Below, in pieces: positions 10,489 to 21,885 of a stretch of 39,796 nucleotides of DNA. Made by a program: the position numbers and the translations under genes. The number at the start of each line of letters is the position of its first letter. Positions within the stretch are counted from its first letter, which is position 1. The DNA is from Octopus bimaculoides (taxonomy: Eukaryota), in the NCBI RefSeq assembly GCF_001194135.2, contig NC_068981.1, forward strand, positions 130,416,974 to 130,456,769, given 5' to 3'. The notes under the pieces were generated by a model. The model had not been told where the DNA came from, searched no databases, and saw only the letters and a program-made list of their open reading frames with translations.

Positions 10489-10513
10489 ATGATGGTGATG
10501 ATGGTGATGATGG

Positions 10514-10557
<44 letters not shown>

Positions 10558-10576
10558 GTGATTATGGTGATGATGG

Positions 10577-10617
<41 letters not shown>
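10453..10617. repeat. (CTG)n-(ATG/GTG)n microsatellite
   Basis: Directly visible; source of the poly-His, poly-Met and poly-Ile pseudo-ORFs. Confidence 0.98.
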
Positions 10618-10619
10618 GG

Positions 10620-10947
10620 TATTAGTGCACCACCCCCAGCCATACCAAATAACATGAATGTTGTGAGTAAAGAGGTTGAAAAATGTCACCAAGTACTCCA
10701 AATTGAAATTGGAAATGGCAAGACTGTATGGAATGCGAGAGGGTAATGTAAAAGTGATACCAGTAGTGATCGGAGCATTGGGCTCAATCCCTTTGTAACT
10801 TCAAAACTTCTTAAGGCAACAGGAACTCCCATGAAAGATTGGACACAGCACAAATCTTAAGGAAAGTTTTATCTGTCTGAAGTACTTGTGACTTGACAGA
10901 TGACTAAAAACTCTGGTACATTTTTACCTTCATTGTATTACAAAGGA
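10620..10947 (+). mobile_element. R4/Dong LINE 3' fragment (REL endonuclease end and UTR)
   Basis: AIPNNMNVVSKEVEK, VIPVVIGALGSIP and LRKVLS motifs, then UTR and (AAT)n. Confidence 0.8.
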
Positions 10948-10962
10948 ATAATAATAATAAGG

Positions 10963-11047
<85 letters not shown>

Positions 11048-11075
11048 GGATAATAATAATAATAAAAAAAATAAT
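10947..11075. repeat. (AAT)n microsatellite
   Basis: Directly visible. Confidence 0.98.
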
Positions 11076-11084
11076 TATCATTAT

Positions 11085-13030
11085 TTCATTTATTAGCCAC
11101 TAGGGCTGACATATAGGGGATGATACAGTAGACATGGACAGCAGGGATTTTACTCAGAAATGAGTACACAATTAAAACAATAACAATGATGTCCAACAAA
11201 AGAAAATATGGTGGGAGGTAACCACCTGGGGTTGGCTCAGGTACCCCACCAATCCTGAACCACTTGACGCTAGAGCACCTTTCTCCTTTTCAAATTCACT
11301 AGCCTACAAGCACATTATTAGAGTAAGTTACATTCACCCACCTTTTAGCAAAGGTGCTGGGAGGCAGCACTTCTCTCTCAACCTTCATCTTCCTTTCCAA
11401 ATGAAATTTGAAAAAGTTGATGAGTGATTGTCTGAAGAGAAAAGAGTCTGTCTTCAGTCCTTTCAACCTGGTCCGCCATACAACTTCTTTCGCTGCTGCT
11501 ATCAGGCAGAGGAAAATTGCCTGCCCTTCTGGATCGATGGAAAGCAGCAGTTCGATCTTCATTATAGACTCAGCTGATAGCCAGATTCATCCTATATGTG
11601 ATAACAGCTGTTCAACATAACTCCATAAGTCAGTAATGCAAGGACACTGGACGAGTGCGTATGAGACAGTTTCATTGCTCTTTGTGCATCTCAGGCAAGT
11701 CCATCTGACAGCACTTCCATGCTTGTAGAGTTTATCTCGAACCGACTGTGCCTCCCAGTAGCACTGCCATGTTAGGGATTTCTGGAAGTTATCCATCATC
11801 CCTGGCTCGAAAGTCTTCCTGAACAGACTGGTTAGTTCAACTTTGTCAATGCCTAGCATCTCTCCAAGTGCATCATTACTCTTTCCCTCCACTAACCCTC
11901 TATAGAACTCAAGAATGGATGTTCCACTGATTGCATTGCTCACCTGGTGGAGGGAAGTGAGTGCCTGGCAACATTCCAGATGCCAGTCACCCATTCTCAG
12001 TCTCTTCTTGACCTAGGACTGTAGCTCAGTCAAGGAATCTGGCTGTGGAAAAGCCTGTTTGACAAACGGTGACCACACATGTTCACTGTTTAAGCAGGAT
12101 ATCTGGAGATGCCGCAGCCTCAGCACATGTCTGCACATCATTAGCCACGGTATGCCCAGTCCTCTGCATAGAGAGTGTTGGCAGCAGATGGAACCTCTCC
12201 CTTCCACAGGAATTTGAAGAGGAGGTGTTGTAACTTGACAAGGTGTGATCAGGGACAAGACACAACGGTCAGGTGGTAGTAGATGACAGACATGATGTAC
12301 GCATTTGACACCTCTGCTTGACCTTTCAGTGATAGCTTCCTCCCAGCCTATTTCTAGGTGAGTCTGGCTACCCTGCTCATCACCTTGTCCCAATTCTTAT
12401 CCACCTGGAGGTCTGATCTGAACCAAACCTCATGCAACTTTACTGGTCTGTCCGCCCAGCACCCAATGACACTGTTGAATGGCATGGACTTCCCTCTACA
12501 GGTGCTGAGTTGCAAGCCCACCGACTTTTCTGGCTTAAGTTTTGCTCCTATCAACTTTTCATATTCCTCCAATGATGTGCTGACCACCTTGATTTCTGAG
12601 GTGTCTGACACCATCACGGTGATGTTGTCCACATATGCCAACACAGCTCTCCTGCATCCCAGTTCAAGTGGGATGCCCTGCAGCAGCTCCAGCTTCTGTA
12701 GTAAAGGCTCAAGTGACAACATGTACTGAAGGGAGGAGAGAGGGCACCCTTGATGGACTGATCGGGAGATCTGAAACGTTTCCGAGAGGTGGCCATTAAT
12801 TTTGACCACTGAGAAGATACTGCTGTGCATTGCAGCGATCCAACCTCTGAAGGCGGGGCCAAAGCCAGCCACTTTGATATCAATTGTTGATCCTATCGAA
12901 TGCTTTTGATTGATCTAAATTGATCAGCACCACACTGACGCCAAGTTTACACCCTACCCTTTCTATGATGTATTGCATGAGGTAGAGGTTGTTGTGTATG
13001 GACCTAGTCGGAAATTGATAAGCCAGCCAG
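11085..13030 (-). mobile_element. 5'-truncated Tx1/L1-clade LINE, ORF2 RT and C-terminal zinc knuckle
   Basis: Minus strand reads IHNNLYLMQYIIE..LINLDQSKAFDRI, GFGPAFRGWI..VKINGHLS..SRSVHQGCPLSSLQYMLSLEPL, AYVDNIT (decayed YADD), CLRC..ETVSYALVQC and IAAAKEVVWRTR. Stops and frameshifts are present. Confidence 0.92.
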
Positions 13031-13098
13031 CAGCTGAAGACACAGAAACACTAATACAACCCAGCAGAACAACTGATAAATAACTCTAAAAAACTAGG

Positions 13099-13900
13099 AT
13101 ATCTACAATCTCTTGTGAGCATTTTAAATTTCCTTCAAAATAAGTTGAAAATATCTACAATCTCTTGTGAGTATTTTAAATTTCCTTCGAAACAAGTTGA
13201 AAATCTTGCATATCTACAATTTTCTCTGATCATGTTCAAGAACTTTGAAACTTTAATACCTACAACTTTATATGAATACCTATCCTTTCCCACGTATATG
13301 TAAATGTAAACATCCTTTTAGTACAAGAACACTACAGTTCCCTCTGGCCGAAAACAAATGATTATCATTAGAAAATTCAAAAACTTTAATAACTACAATT
13401 CTCTGTGAAAATTTTGCTGTGAAAATTTAACTGTGAGCATTCTGAATTTCCTTCAAAACAAGTTGAAAATTTTGCATATCAACAATTTTCTCTGCCCGAA
13501 CACACAAACGATCATGTTCAAAAACTTTGAAACTTTAATACCTACAACTTTCTGTGCATACCTGTCCTTTCCTGACTATTTGAAAATGTAAACATCCTTT
13601 TAGTACAAGAACACTACAGTTCCCTCTAGCTGAACACACAAACAACCATCATTAGAAAATTCAAAAACTTTAATAACTACAATTCTCTGTGAAAATTTTG
13701 TCCTTCTTTTCTCCTTGACTACTCGAATATGTAAATGTACCTTTTATTGCAATAGCACTATTAAATGCTCAATAAAACTTACATTTTATTCCAACAGCAC
13801 TATTAAGTGCACTACAAAATATGTTGAAAATCTCACATATCCACAAGTTTCTCTGGCCGAACATACAAATGACCACCTTTAAAAACTTTGAAGCTTTAGG
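13099..13900. repeat. Hierarchical tandem repeat: 52-59-bp units plus an approximately 282-bp duplication
   Basis: ATATCTACAAT.. recurs at 13099, 13151 and 13210. 13230-13416 aligns with 13512-13700 (offset 282-284). The submotif CTCTGGCCGAACA..AAAAACTTTGAA recurs to about 13895. Confidence 0.88.
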
Positions 13901-14000
13901 AGATAAACAACTGCTAATATATACAAACTGCACAGTTATGAAAACTAAACCATGGCAAAACCTATAAAAAGGCAGGAAAAATTCAACAATGTAAATATCA

Positions 14001-14041
<41 letters not shown>

Positions 14042-14047
14042 TATATA

Positions 14048-14200
14048 CAGGTCTGGCCTTAAGCCAATTGGACCGATTGCTTCCAATTGGGCCCCGTGCT
14101 GAAGGGGGCCCCATGCCAAAGGGGGACCCGTGCTCTAGAGGGCTACATTCTATTCTGCGACGTTTCGTAAACGTAGTCTCCTTGAAGTCTTTTTAAAATG
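14048..14200. mobile_element. One end of a hAT-like non-autonomous DNA transposon
   Basis: Starts CAGGTCTGGCCTTAAGCCAATTGG..CCAATTGGGCCCC, resembling CAGGGCCGGCC-type hAT termini with GC-rich subterminal palindromes. No partner TIR found. Confidence 0.55.
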
Positions 14201-14384
14201 TCTACAAGGTCTTTCAAAAAGAAGAAAAAAACATACTTTCCACACTTTAGCGACACGAGATATCAAAAGTTAAACCCATTCATCCAAAACTCCTTGGGTC
14301 AGTCACTGAATTTGAAAATATTTATTGCATTTTTAGTGTAAGTGTCAATATGTATGTTTGTATGTGAATGTTTGGGAGGGTTAT

Positions 14385-15912
14385 TCATGGATGACTTCAA
14401 ACTTTGTGATAAAGATGAATCTCGAGTCAGTCCCCTCATTGATGTGATGTATACTTTCAGTGCTGATATCAAAATGGAGTTCAGGCTGAAAAAGTGTGGT
14501 GTGTTAGTCTTGAAGAGAGGTAAAATCAAATGTATGGACAGGCTAGCAATATTGTCGGGAGAGGTTATGAAGCTGATAGAAGAGACAGGTTATAAGTACT
14601 TGGGGATATTGGAAATGGATAAATTGATGGAGAAAGAAATGACAGAAAAATTTAAGATGGAGTACTTGTGCAGACTGAGACTGATCCTTCAGTTGAAATT
14701 AAACGAACAGAATAAGATTGACGCTATCAACACCTGAGCAGTTTCACTTCTTAGATATGGAGCAGGGTAATCGCATGGATAGTAGAGGAACTAAACAACT
14801 TAGACAGAAAGACAAGGAAGTTGCTGACTAGATCTGGGAGACTCCACTCAAAAAGTGACGCAGACAGACTGTATGTACCGAGAAAAAGATGGGGGAAGAG
14901 GATTAATTGGATGTGAACACAGCATTAGAGCAGAAGAAAACAGAATAACATGGTATGTAAAAAATGCCACAAAACTGCTCTTATTGGAAGGAAGAAGGTC
15001 AGGCTTGTGTAGGATGGAAGATTGCAAAGATAAGGCACTGTGCAAGCACTTGAGAATGAATGAAACTGAAAATAGGTGGATAAAGAAAAGAATGCATGGA
15101 CAATATCACAGGGATTTTGAAGATAAGACAGACAGAGAAAAAAGTTGGCTGTGGATGACTAAAAGTGATTTAAAACTGGAAATGGAGGCTCTAATCTGTA
15201 CTGCTCAAGAGCAAGCATTAAGAACCAATTACATCAAATACAGAATAGACAAGTGCAGAATTTGTGGACAAAATGGTGAAACCATATGGCATATTACCAG
15301 TCAATGTATGCCACTAGCCCAGAAAGAATATAAGAGACGTCATGACAATATAGTAATGGATACTTTGTAACAAGTATCAACTTGACAGAGCAAAAAAGTG
15401 GTATGAACATAAACCCAAAGACATCATCAAAAATTATAATGCAAAGATCCTATGGGATTTTACGATTCAGTGCAATCATGAGATAGAGAATAGGAAACCA
15501 GACATAGTGTTAATTGAGAAAGTAAACGATGCTGGATCATAGATATAGCATGCCCAGCTGACAATAAAGTATGCAATAAGGAAGAAAGAAAAGTTGATAG
15601 ATACGACAGGTTAGCATGGGAGGTTAAGCAGTTGTGGTCACTGAAAAAGGTGGTAGTAGTACCAATAATTGTTGGAGCCCTGAGAACAGTAAATAAAAAT
15701 TTGGAGAAGTATGTGGAAAAAATAGGGGCTGCAATAAGAGTAGAGTACTTGCAGAAAACAGCACTGCTTGGAACCACTCAAATACTCCAGATGGTACTCG
15801 AAAAATAAGGGATGTTACCTTAGTTCACTGGTAGTGAACAGCTGGCACCATAGTACATCTCCAGTGTTAGAAGCTGTGCAAAGACAATGAAATAATGATG
15901 ATGATGATGATT
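14385..15912 (+). mobile_element. 5'-truncated R4/Dong LINE: RT C-terminus, CCHC knuckle, REL endonuclease, 3' UTR, (ATG)n tail
   Basis: FMDDFKL, YKYLGILE, GGRGLIG, MHGQY, CRICGQNGETIWHITSQC, WYEH, KILWDF..NRKPDIVL..IIDIACPADNKVCNKEERK, VPIIVGAL and LQKTALLGT. Frameshifts are present. Confidence 0.95.
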
Positions 15913-15924
15913 TTTCTACTATAG

Positions 15925-16272
15925 ATGCAAGGTCTGAAATTTTGGAGAGAGGAGGGTAGTTGACTACATCAACGCTGTGTTTGACTGGTACTTATTTTAT
16001 TGACCCTGAAAGAATGAAAAGCATTAGTAGAATTTGAACTCAGAACCTAGATAACTGAAATCGTTTTCTCATGATCTAATGATTTCACCAGTTCACCACT
16101 GCACAAAGCTAGCAATTCTGAAGAGAGGGGTGAATTGTCAGTTACATCGACATATATTGACCTAAGAGTAATGACCGGCAATGTTGACCTTGAGGAGTTT
16201 TGAACTCTGAGTATAAAGAGCTGAAAGAAATATTATAAGGCATTTTGTCTGATGTTCTTAAGATTCTGCCAA
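15925..16272 (-). mobile_element. Two adjacent degraded copies of SINE family C
   Basis: Reverse complement of the units at 29438-30050 (GACTGGTACTTATTTTATTGACCCTGAAAG..GAATTTGAACTCAGAA). Confidence 0.7.
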
Positions 16273-16834
16273 TAAAAACAACATTGTGTTTATGCTTTCC
16301 TCACAGACAGACATCAACAAGATAGCATCATTTTAGAATAATTATTAACCACTTGTCACAATTATTCAGTAAAGTAGCATTTATAATTAATGCTATGGTG
16401 TCTATTGATAAAAAGAAAAGGGCAAAAACAACAAAACAACACAGAGTGTCTGTCAATGTCAGGCTTATTAATAAGCTGTTGTAAAGCTCTATTAAATAGA
16501 TAATGTTATGACTGACATTTCTGACTCTTTCCTTCCAAAGAAACTTCTTGTCTTAGATATTCTAATTGTTTACTGGCTGCAGTAAGTAGTAAAGACAAAC
16601 GTGGATGAAATGGGATATAAATCATGATATGAAGAGACAAGTGAAGCTATAAAAAGATATAAAATTCTTAAAATAAGTCAATGTCATGTACACATAAGGA
16701 GATGCTAGTTCTGATATTTCAAGCAGACCTCTGCCTGCTGAAGTTATCTTATTTATGTATTTACTTATTTATTATCTATCGCAACATTTCTGTGGTTTCC
16801 AGATTTCATTGTTCAATTACATATAATAAAAGTA

Positions 16835-17057
16835 GATCTCTTATTTGTTACTTGTTTCAGTCATTAGACTGCGGCCATGCTGGGGCACCACCTTGAATAA
16901 TTTCTAACTGAATGCATCAATCCCAGTACCTATTTTTTTTCTTTTTAAGCTTAGTACTTATTCTATCAATCTCTATTGTTGAACTGCTAAGTTACAGGAA
17001 CGTAAACACACCAACACTGGTTGTCAAACAGTAGTGGGAGATAAATACAGACATAAA

Positions 17058-17095
<38 letters not shown>

Positions 17096-17245
17096 GGGCT
17101 TCTTTCAGTTTCAGTCTACCAAATCCACTTAGGTTTTGGTCAGCCCAAGGCTATAATAGAAGACACTTGCCCAAGGTGCTACATAGTGGAACTGAACTCA
17201 GAATCATGTGGTAGGGAAGTAATCTTCTTACCATACAGCCATGCT
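16835..17245 (-). mobile_element. SINE family A, full-length, with internal (CA)n
   Basis: Both halves are present in reverse orientation. Confidence 0.88.
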
Positions 17246-17371
17246 TTTGTCTAGATACAACAGAATTTAAAAAAAAATATTGATTTTTAAAAAAAATTAA
17301 GAACAAAAGGTCTATATTCTAAATGAGGAGGAAATGCAAATATGACATTCATGCTTCTCTTGATTAAGAAG

Positions 17372-17541
17372 ATCATTTTGCAACCATGTGGTTTCAGGTT
17401 CAGTCTTACAACATGGCACCGTGGACAAGTGTCTTCTTTTATTATTCTGGGCTGACCAATACCTTGTGAATGAATTTGGTAGACTGAAACTGTATGGAAG
17501 CCCTTCGTATATGCATGTGTGTTTGTGTGTGAGTGTGTGCA

Positions 17542-17587
<46 letters not shown>

Positions 17588-17605
17588 TGTGACTATGTGT
17601 GTGAA
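17372..17605 (+). mobile_element. SINE family A, 5' half and (TG)n
   Basis: CAACCATGTGGTTTCAGGTTCAGTC..GGCACCGTGGACAAGTGTCTTC..GGTAGACTGAAACTG. Confidence 0.82.
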
Positions 17606-17606
17606 T

Positions 17607-18159
17607 GTGTCTGCGGGTGTTAAATATGGTGAATAGGGCAGGTGCGGAAGTGATACCATGTGGTGTTTGGTGAGAAACTCACAAGTGAGGAGAGCTCGGT
17701 GACAGGGTGTTTTTGCTGAATGTCCTCCTTCAAATACTTCAAAACATTGGAGTAGAACTTTCAATTGATCCTGTGGCCCTGGGAGATGAATTCTCAATGC
17801 ACATTTCCGGAGGTGATGCTCGTGGTAGGTCTTCCAGATCACTCATCGTCTTCCAGGTATGTTCTTCCATTTTTGAAGCACCCATGCCACTTGAAACATT
17901 GTGTACGACCCATTGCCTCATCACTGTAAGCTTGCCAAAACATGCTCTTTGTTTCTGTCCATGACAAAATCACAGACTACAACATACACGGGATCACAAA
18001 AACACAAATTTCACAACTTGTGAAATAAACACAGCGAAGTTACTCAGCACACTGTCTCATGAAGATCACTGCTAGCTTTCACTGTGCACACAACCGTGTG
18101 TTGCCATCTGTTGGTGTGCTACAGAACTAGTCTGGCAACTTTTTGATACCACCTTCGTA
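17607..18159 (-). mobile_element. Internally deleted mariner (DD34D-type) relic
   Basis: 5' TIR-like TACGAAGGTGGTATCAAAAAGTTGCCAGAC at 18159-18130. Transposase remnants SDLEDLPR and LPHLPYSPYLTPAD (YSPDLAP motif). Confidence 0.8.
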
Positions 18160-18489
18160 TGTCCAAGGCATTTTGTCTGATGTTCTAATGATTCTAAAGA
18201 ACTTTTTGCATGCAATGGTCAGGTGCACTACAGCTTTTCAAGAAAGAGTAAAAGAGGGGACAAATAGCAGCAATATGTCAAATAAAGAAGAAACAACAAT
18301 GATATCTAAAGGTGCAGGGCACAAGATAAAAATATTACGTTACTTTCCCTAAAGGAACCTATTTTGTTTATCTTGTGTGGATTCTTTGAATTGAAGAAAT
18401 TAAACTAATGACCATATAATTTTACCCAAATTCTTCATCCTCTTCACTAATCAATAGAAGTCCAGATCCTGCAATTCTGTACCATATCC

Positions 18490-18862
18490 AGTGCCATAAT
18501 GTACCTACACCATTGTAAGAGAAATAGTGTGTGAGTTCTGAGGGCAAGTTTATGTTTCATACTGTACAAATTGCTGCTTCAATAAGAGGACTGTCTGTGA
18601 AGATTTTTCCAAAATAAAAGCAAAACAAAGGAAGATAGATTATATTCACTCTCAGAATAGAAACACTTCAAAAGAATTTCAGTTGCCATAATGTAACTAC
18701 AACATTGCAAAGGAAATGGTGTGTTAGCTCTGTTTTATAGCATACCAATTGCTGCTACAACAAGAGGACCGTCTGTGAAAATTCCTCCAAAATAAAGCAA
18801 AACAAGAGAAGATAGAAGATTATATTCGCTCTCAAAATAGAAACACATTAAAAAAATTTCAA
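18490..18862. repeat. Diverged tandem duplication of an approximately 190-bp unit
   Basis: 18490-18680 aligns with 18681-18862 (GCCATAATGTA.CTACA..., AAGAGGAC.GTCTGTGAA..., GATTATATTC.CTCTCA.AATAGAAACAC). Confidence 0.9.
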
Positions 18863-19460
18863 TTTGATTGTTTCTAATGAATATTCCCATCATGCTTTCC
18901 ATAAACGGTAGACTTGTAGTTGCCAATAATTTGGATGTTATGCTTCAACGCACAGATTTGAATAAATCAATTCTGGCCAAACAAACTGTTTCTGGTGCTA
19001 TTTATTTTGATTAGACATTGATAGCTCTAAGAACTAACATCTATGTCTAGGATACAAAATCAAAAAAAAAAAAAGAAAAAAAGAAAGAAAACAGAAAAAG
19101 AAAGAAAAATGAATGAAGAAAATATAAACACAAAACAAAAAAATATTTAATCAATATTTATTAAGAAAGAATGTTTTACCACAGAACTGACAAAACCTCT
19201 CCTTCAAATTGTTGCTGACAATGACAAATCGAAAACTTTATATCAGTAATTACATTTCTGTAATTCGCTATCCCTTGCAATAATTATAACATTACAACAA
19301 GTACAACAACTATAACAATGGTGTCTAATAATGGCACAAGGTCTTGAATTTGGGATGGTTGTGGGTGTCATCAATTTAATTGATTCCAGTACTTGAATGA
19401 TACTTATTTCATTGAGTTTCTTCTTTACTACCACCACCACCACCACCACCACCTAAAGAT

Positions 19461-19673
19461 TTAACCCTTTGCACCTGTCCAGCATATCACATGTGCATCA
19501 TATACAATACACATTCCCAATTTTTTTCCAACCATCAGAATAACTTGGGATCTATGAAAGGAAAGCTTTATATTACTGAAAACATAGGAAACAGGGGCTA
19601 GCTCTAAGCTTGTAAACAAGCATGGACGTTTAGGACAAACTTATGAAAATGCTTTGGACAGGCAAAGGGTTAA
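19461..19673. mobile_element. piggyBac-type MITE, 205 bp, with TTAA target-site duplication
   Basis: TTAA(19461-64)-CCCTTTGCACCTGTCCA ... TGGACAGGCAAAGGG-TTAA(19670-73). Confidence 0.88.
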
Positions 19674-19904
19674 GGCAAAGTTGGTTCTAATTTGAAACTT
19701 GGAACATAAAGGAATGTAACTAAATGCTGCAAGCTATCTGATCAGAAAATCTACCAATTCTGCTGTCCACCATCCTAACATAAACAATAATGACAACAAC
19801 AACAACAATGACACTACCATCAGTGACTAGAATAAAGTAATAAATATAAAAATGAATATCTTATGTTAATCAATAGTTATACACTTAGTATAACCAGATT
19901 CACC

Positions 19905-20090
19905 ACCACCACCACCACCACCAGTGCTGCCACCCACCTCCATTAGCATTCTCATCATCAAATACATATTCATCACCACCAACAATGCTACAACCGCCCC
20001 CTCACCCTGATACATCCACCAAACCCCTTTACTACTACTACTACTACAACTACTACTACTACTAGCACCACCACCATTACCACCATCATC
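19905..20090. repeat. (CAC)n/(CTA)n low-complexity tracts
   Basis: Directly visible. Confidence 0.85.
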
Positions 20091-20664
20091 ATTTGTCTGT
20101 TAGATAAACTATTTTTAAACATCTCATCATATTTAGGCAGTTATTATTGATTATCATCTGATCTTTCTTTTCTTCTTCTTTACTCTTTCTTTTACTTTCC
20201 TGTTTTAAACTGATGTTCTCTATAAAATAGAAGGAAACATTTCAGGAAAATGGAAAATGAAATGGAATAAAATTTACAGCTGAAACCAGTTTATACATCA
20301 ATTATTCTCCATGCATGGGAGTCAAACATCATTGTGACATGAATTCTAGATCAAACTGATATAGTTTAATCAATTTTCTCATTCTTCTCAATTTATTGCC
20401 AGTCCCAACACTAGCTTAGTTGTTACTACAATACAAATGTGGACCAATGTTAGACTCTCAGCCTGTGTACTATACAGTAAACTCATGCTAATCCAGTACT
20501 CAGATAACTGGAACTCTCAAGCATGTGGAACTCAAGGAAAAAAAAAAATGAAATAAAAGGATTTGTGTTGTTAAATAGAGTCAAGAAAATTTGTACTAAT
20601 TTGTGTTAATTAATTTTCATTGAAAGAGAGAAAGTTATTGCTGATTCTCAAAGTAAAGTTAAAC

Positions 20665-20914
20665 TAAAGTTTCCTTCTTGAGTCGTACCAACTCTTAAGG
20701 GCTGGTTTCCCAGTCTCCATGGCATATATATTCTCCACCTGGACAGGATACTGGTCCGTCACAGGATTATTCATTTTTGCCAGCTGAGTGGACTGGAGCA
20801 ATGTGAAATGAAGTGCTTTGCTCAAGAACACAATGCATTGACTGGTCCAGGAATTGAAACCACAATCTTATGATTATGAGTTCAATGACCTAACCATTAA
20901 GCCATGTGCTTCCA
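20665..20914 (-). mobile_element. SINE family B (tRNA head plus CORE-like domain)
   Basis: Reverse complement of 32124-32378. Confidence 0.85.
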
Positions 20915-20937
20915 CCTTCTCCAAGTACAGTACTGCA

Positions 20938-21715
20938 GTTTTTTTCTTTTTTATAAGTAAGTCCTGAACAAGGCAAGAAGCCACTTAGTGTAAGGGACTA
21001 TGAAGAAGGAGAAATTAAGATGAAAGGAATGAATTTAAATTTAAACTTGAAAGAGATCAGGTCAAATGAAGGAGGAAAACAATGAGATGATACAGAGTTC
21101 CAAAGTCTGGCAGTTTGAGGAAAAAAGCAATGATTAGATGATTAGAAAAAGTTCCTTATCCATGGAAGCATAACAGCATTTGGATGAAGACACTGTAAGT
21201 TTCAAATCAGTTGAAATGGTACAAAGTGATATGGAACTAAGAGAAAAAGTTCATTAGAGCACTTCTTGCAGTAATAACAAGAAAGACTAAAATTGTAGAC
21301 ATCATTTCTGTGTGACAAGGGTTGCAGAGAGGGACCAATCAAATTAAAGATTTGCTTTTCTTCCTAAATATGACAACAACATTCTATACAAAGATGAATT
21401 GTGGACATGTAAAGACACAGATGGAGGTAGTCCTTTGACCTTTACAATGACAAAACCTTATGGGAAGCAGGCCTACCAAGTAAGATCAGGGGAGAAAGTG
21501 AGACCAAACAATTTTAAGGAAGACCTTTCCTCAAGTGGTTTGATTGTCTCATCACATGATACTTCAGACGTATAACTCATGTGAGTATGAAGAAGATAGG
21601 GATCCTGCTTTCTACTGAAAGACATGATTTGATTTTGCCAGGGTTAAAAGTTACTGGCCACTTCTTGCCCAATTTCTTAACAACCTGCAGATCCATCTCA
21701 AGATTCATGATTTAA
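20938..21715 (-). mobile_element. CR1-clade LINE 3' fragment
   Basis: Minus strand reads DLQVVKKLGKKWPVTFNPGK, LKLFGLTFSPDLTW, LYMSTIHLCIECCCHI, LQPLSHRND and FFPQTARLWNS, then a short UTR and an A-rich tail. Confidence 0.85.
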
Positions 21716-21846
21716 ATTGTATTTTTATTTCTTCTTATTTCTTTCATTTCAATTATATTCAGAATATTAATGATAAAAATAAAATAAAAGGGATCAAAGG
21801 TCCTTTCCAAGCCATTGGCTCATAAGGCCAGTTTTCTGGATTCTGT

Positions 21847-21884
<38 letters not shown>

Positions 21885-21885
<1 letters not shown>

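Noticed and set aside
10330-11103. Poly-His/Gln, poly-Met and poly-Ile ORFs (also poly-Leu/Thr at 115-406, and the CV/HT/ER/YI-repeat ORFs elsewhere)
   Set aside because: They are translations of microsatellites and are open in several frames at once, with no flanking domain.
13099-13230. Repeats with 52-59-bp spacing superficially like a CRISPR array
   Set aside because: The whole unit is repeated with no unique spacers, there are no cas genes, and the context is eukaryotic.
16530-16592. Plus-strand AG...GTAAGT candidate exon (KLLVLDILIVYWL)
   Set aside because: An isolated splice-like signal with no recognisable protein or partner exons; such signals are common in AT-rich DNA.
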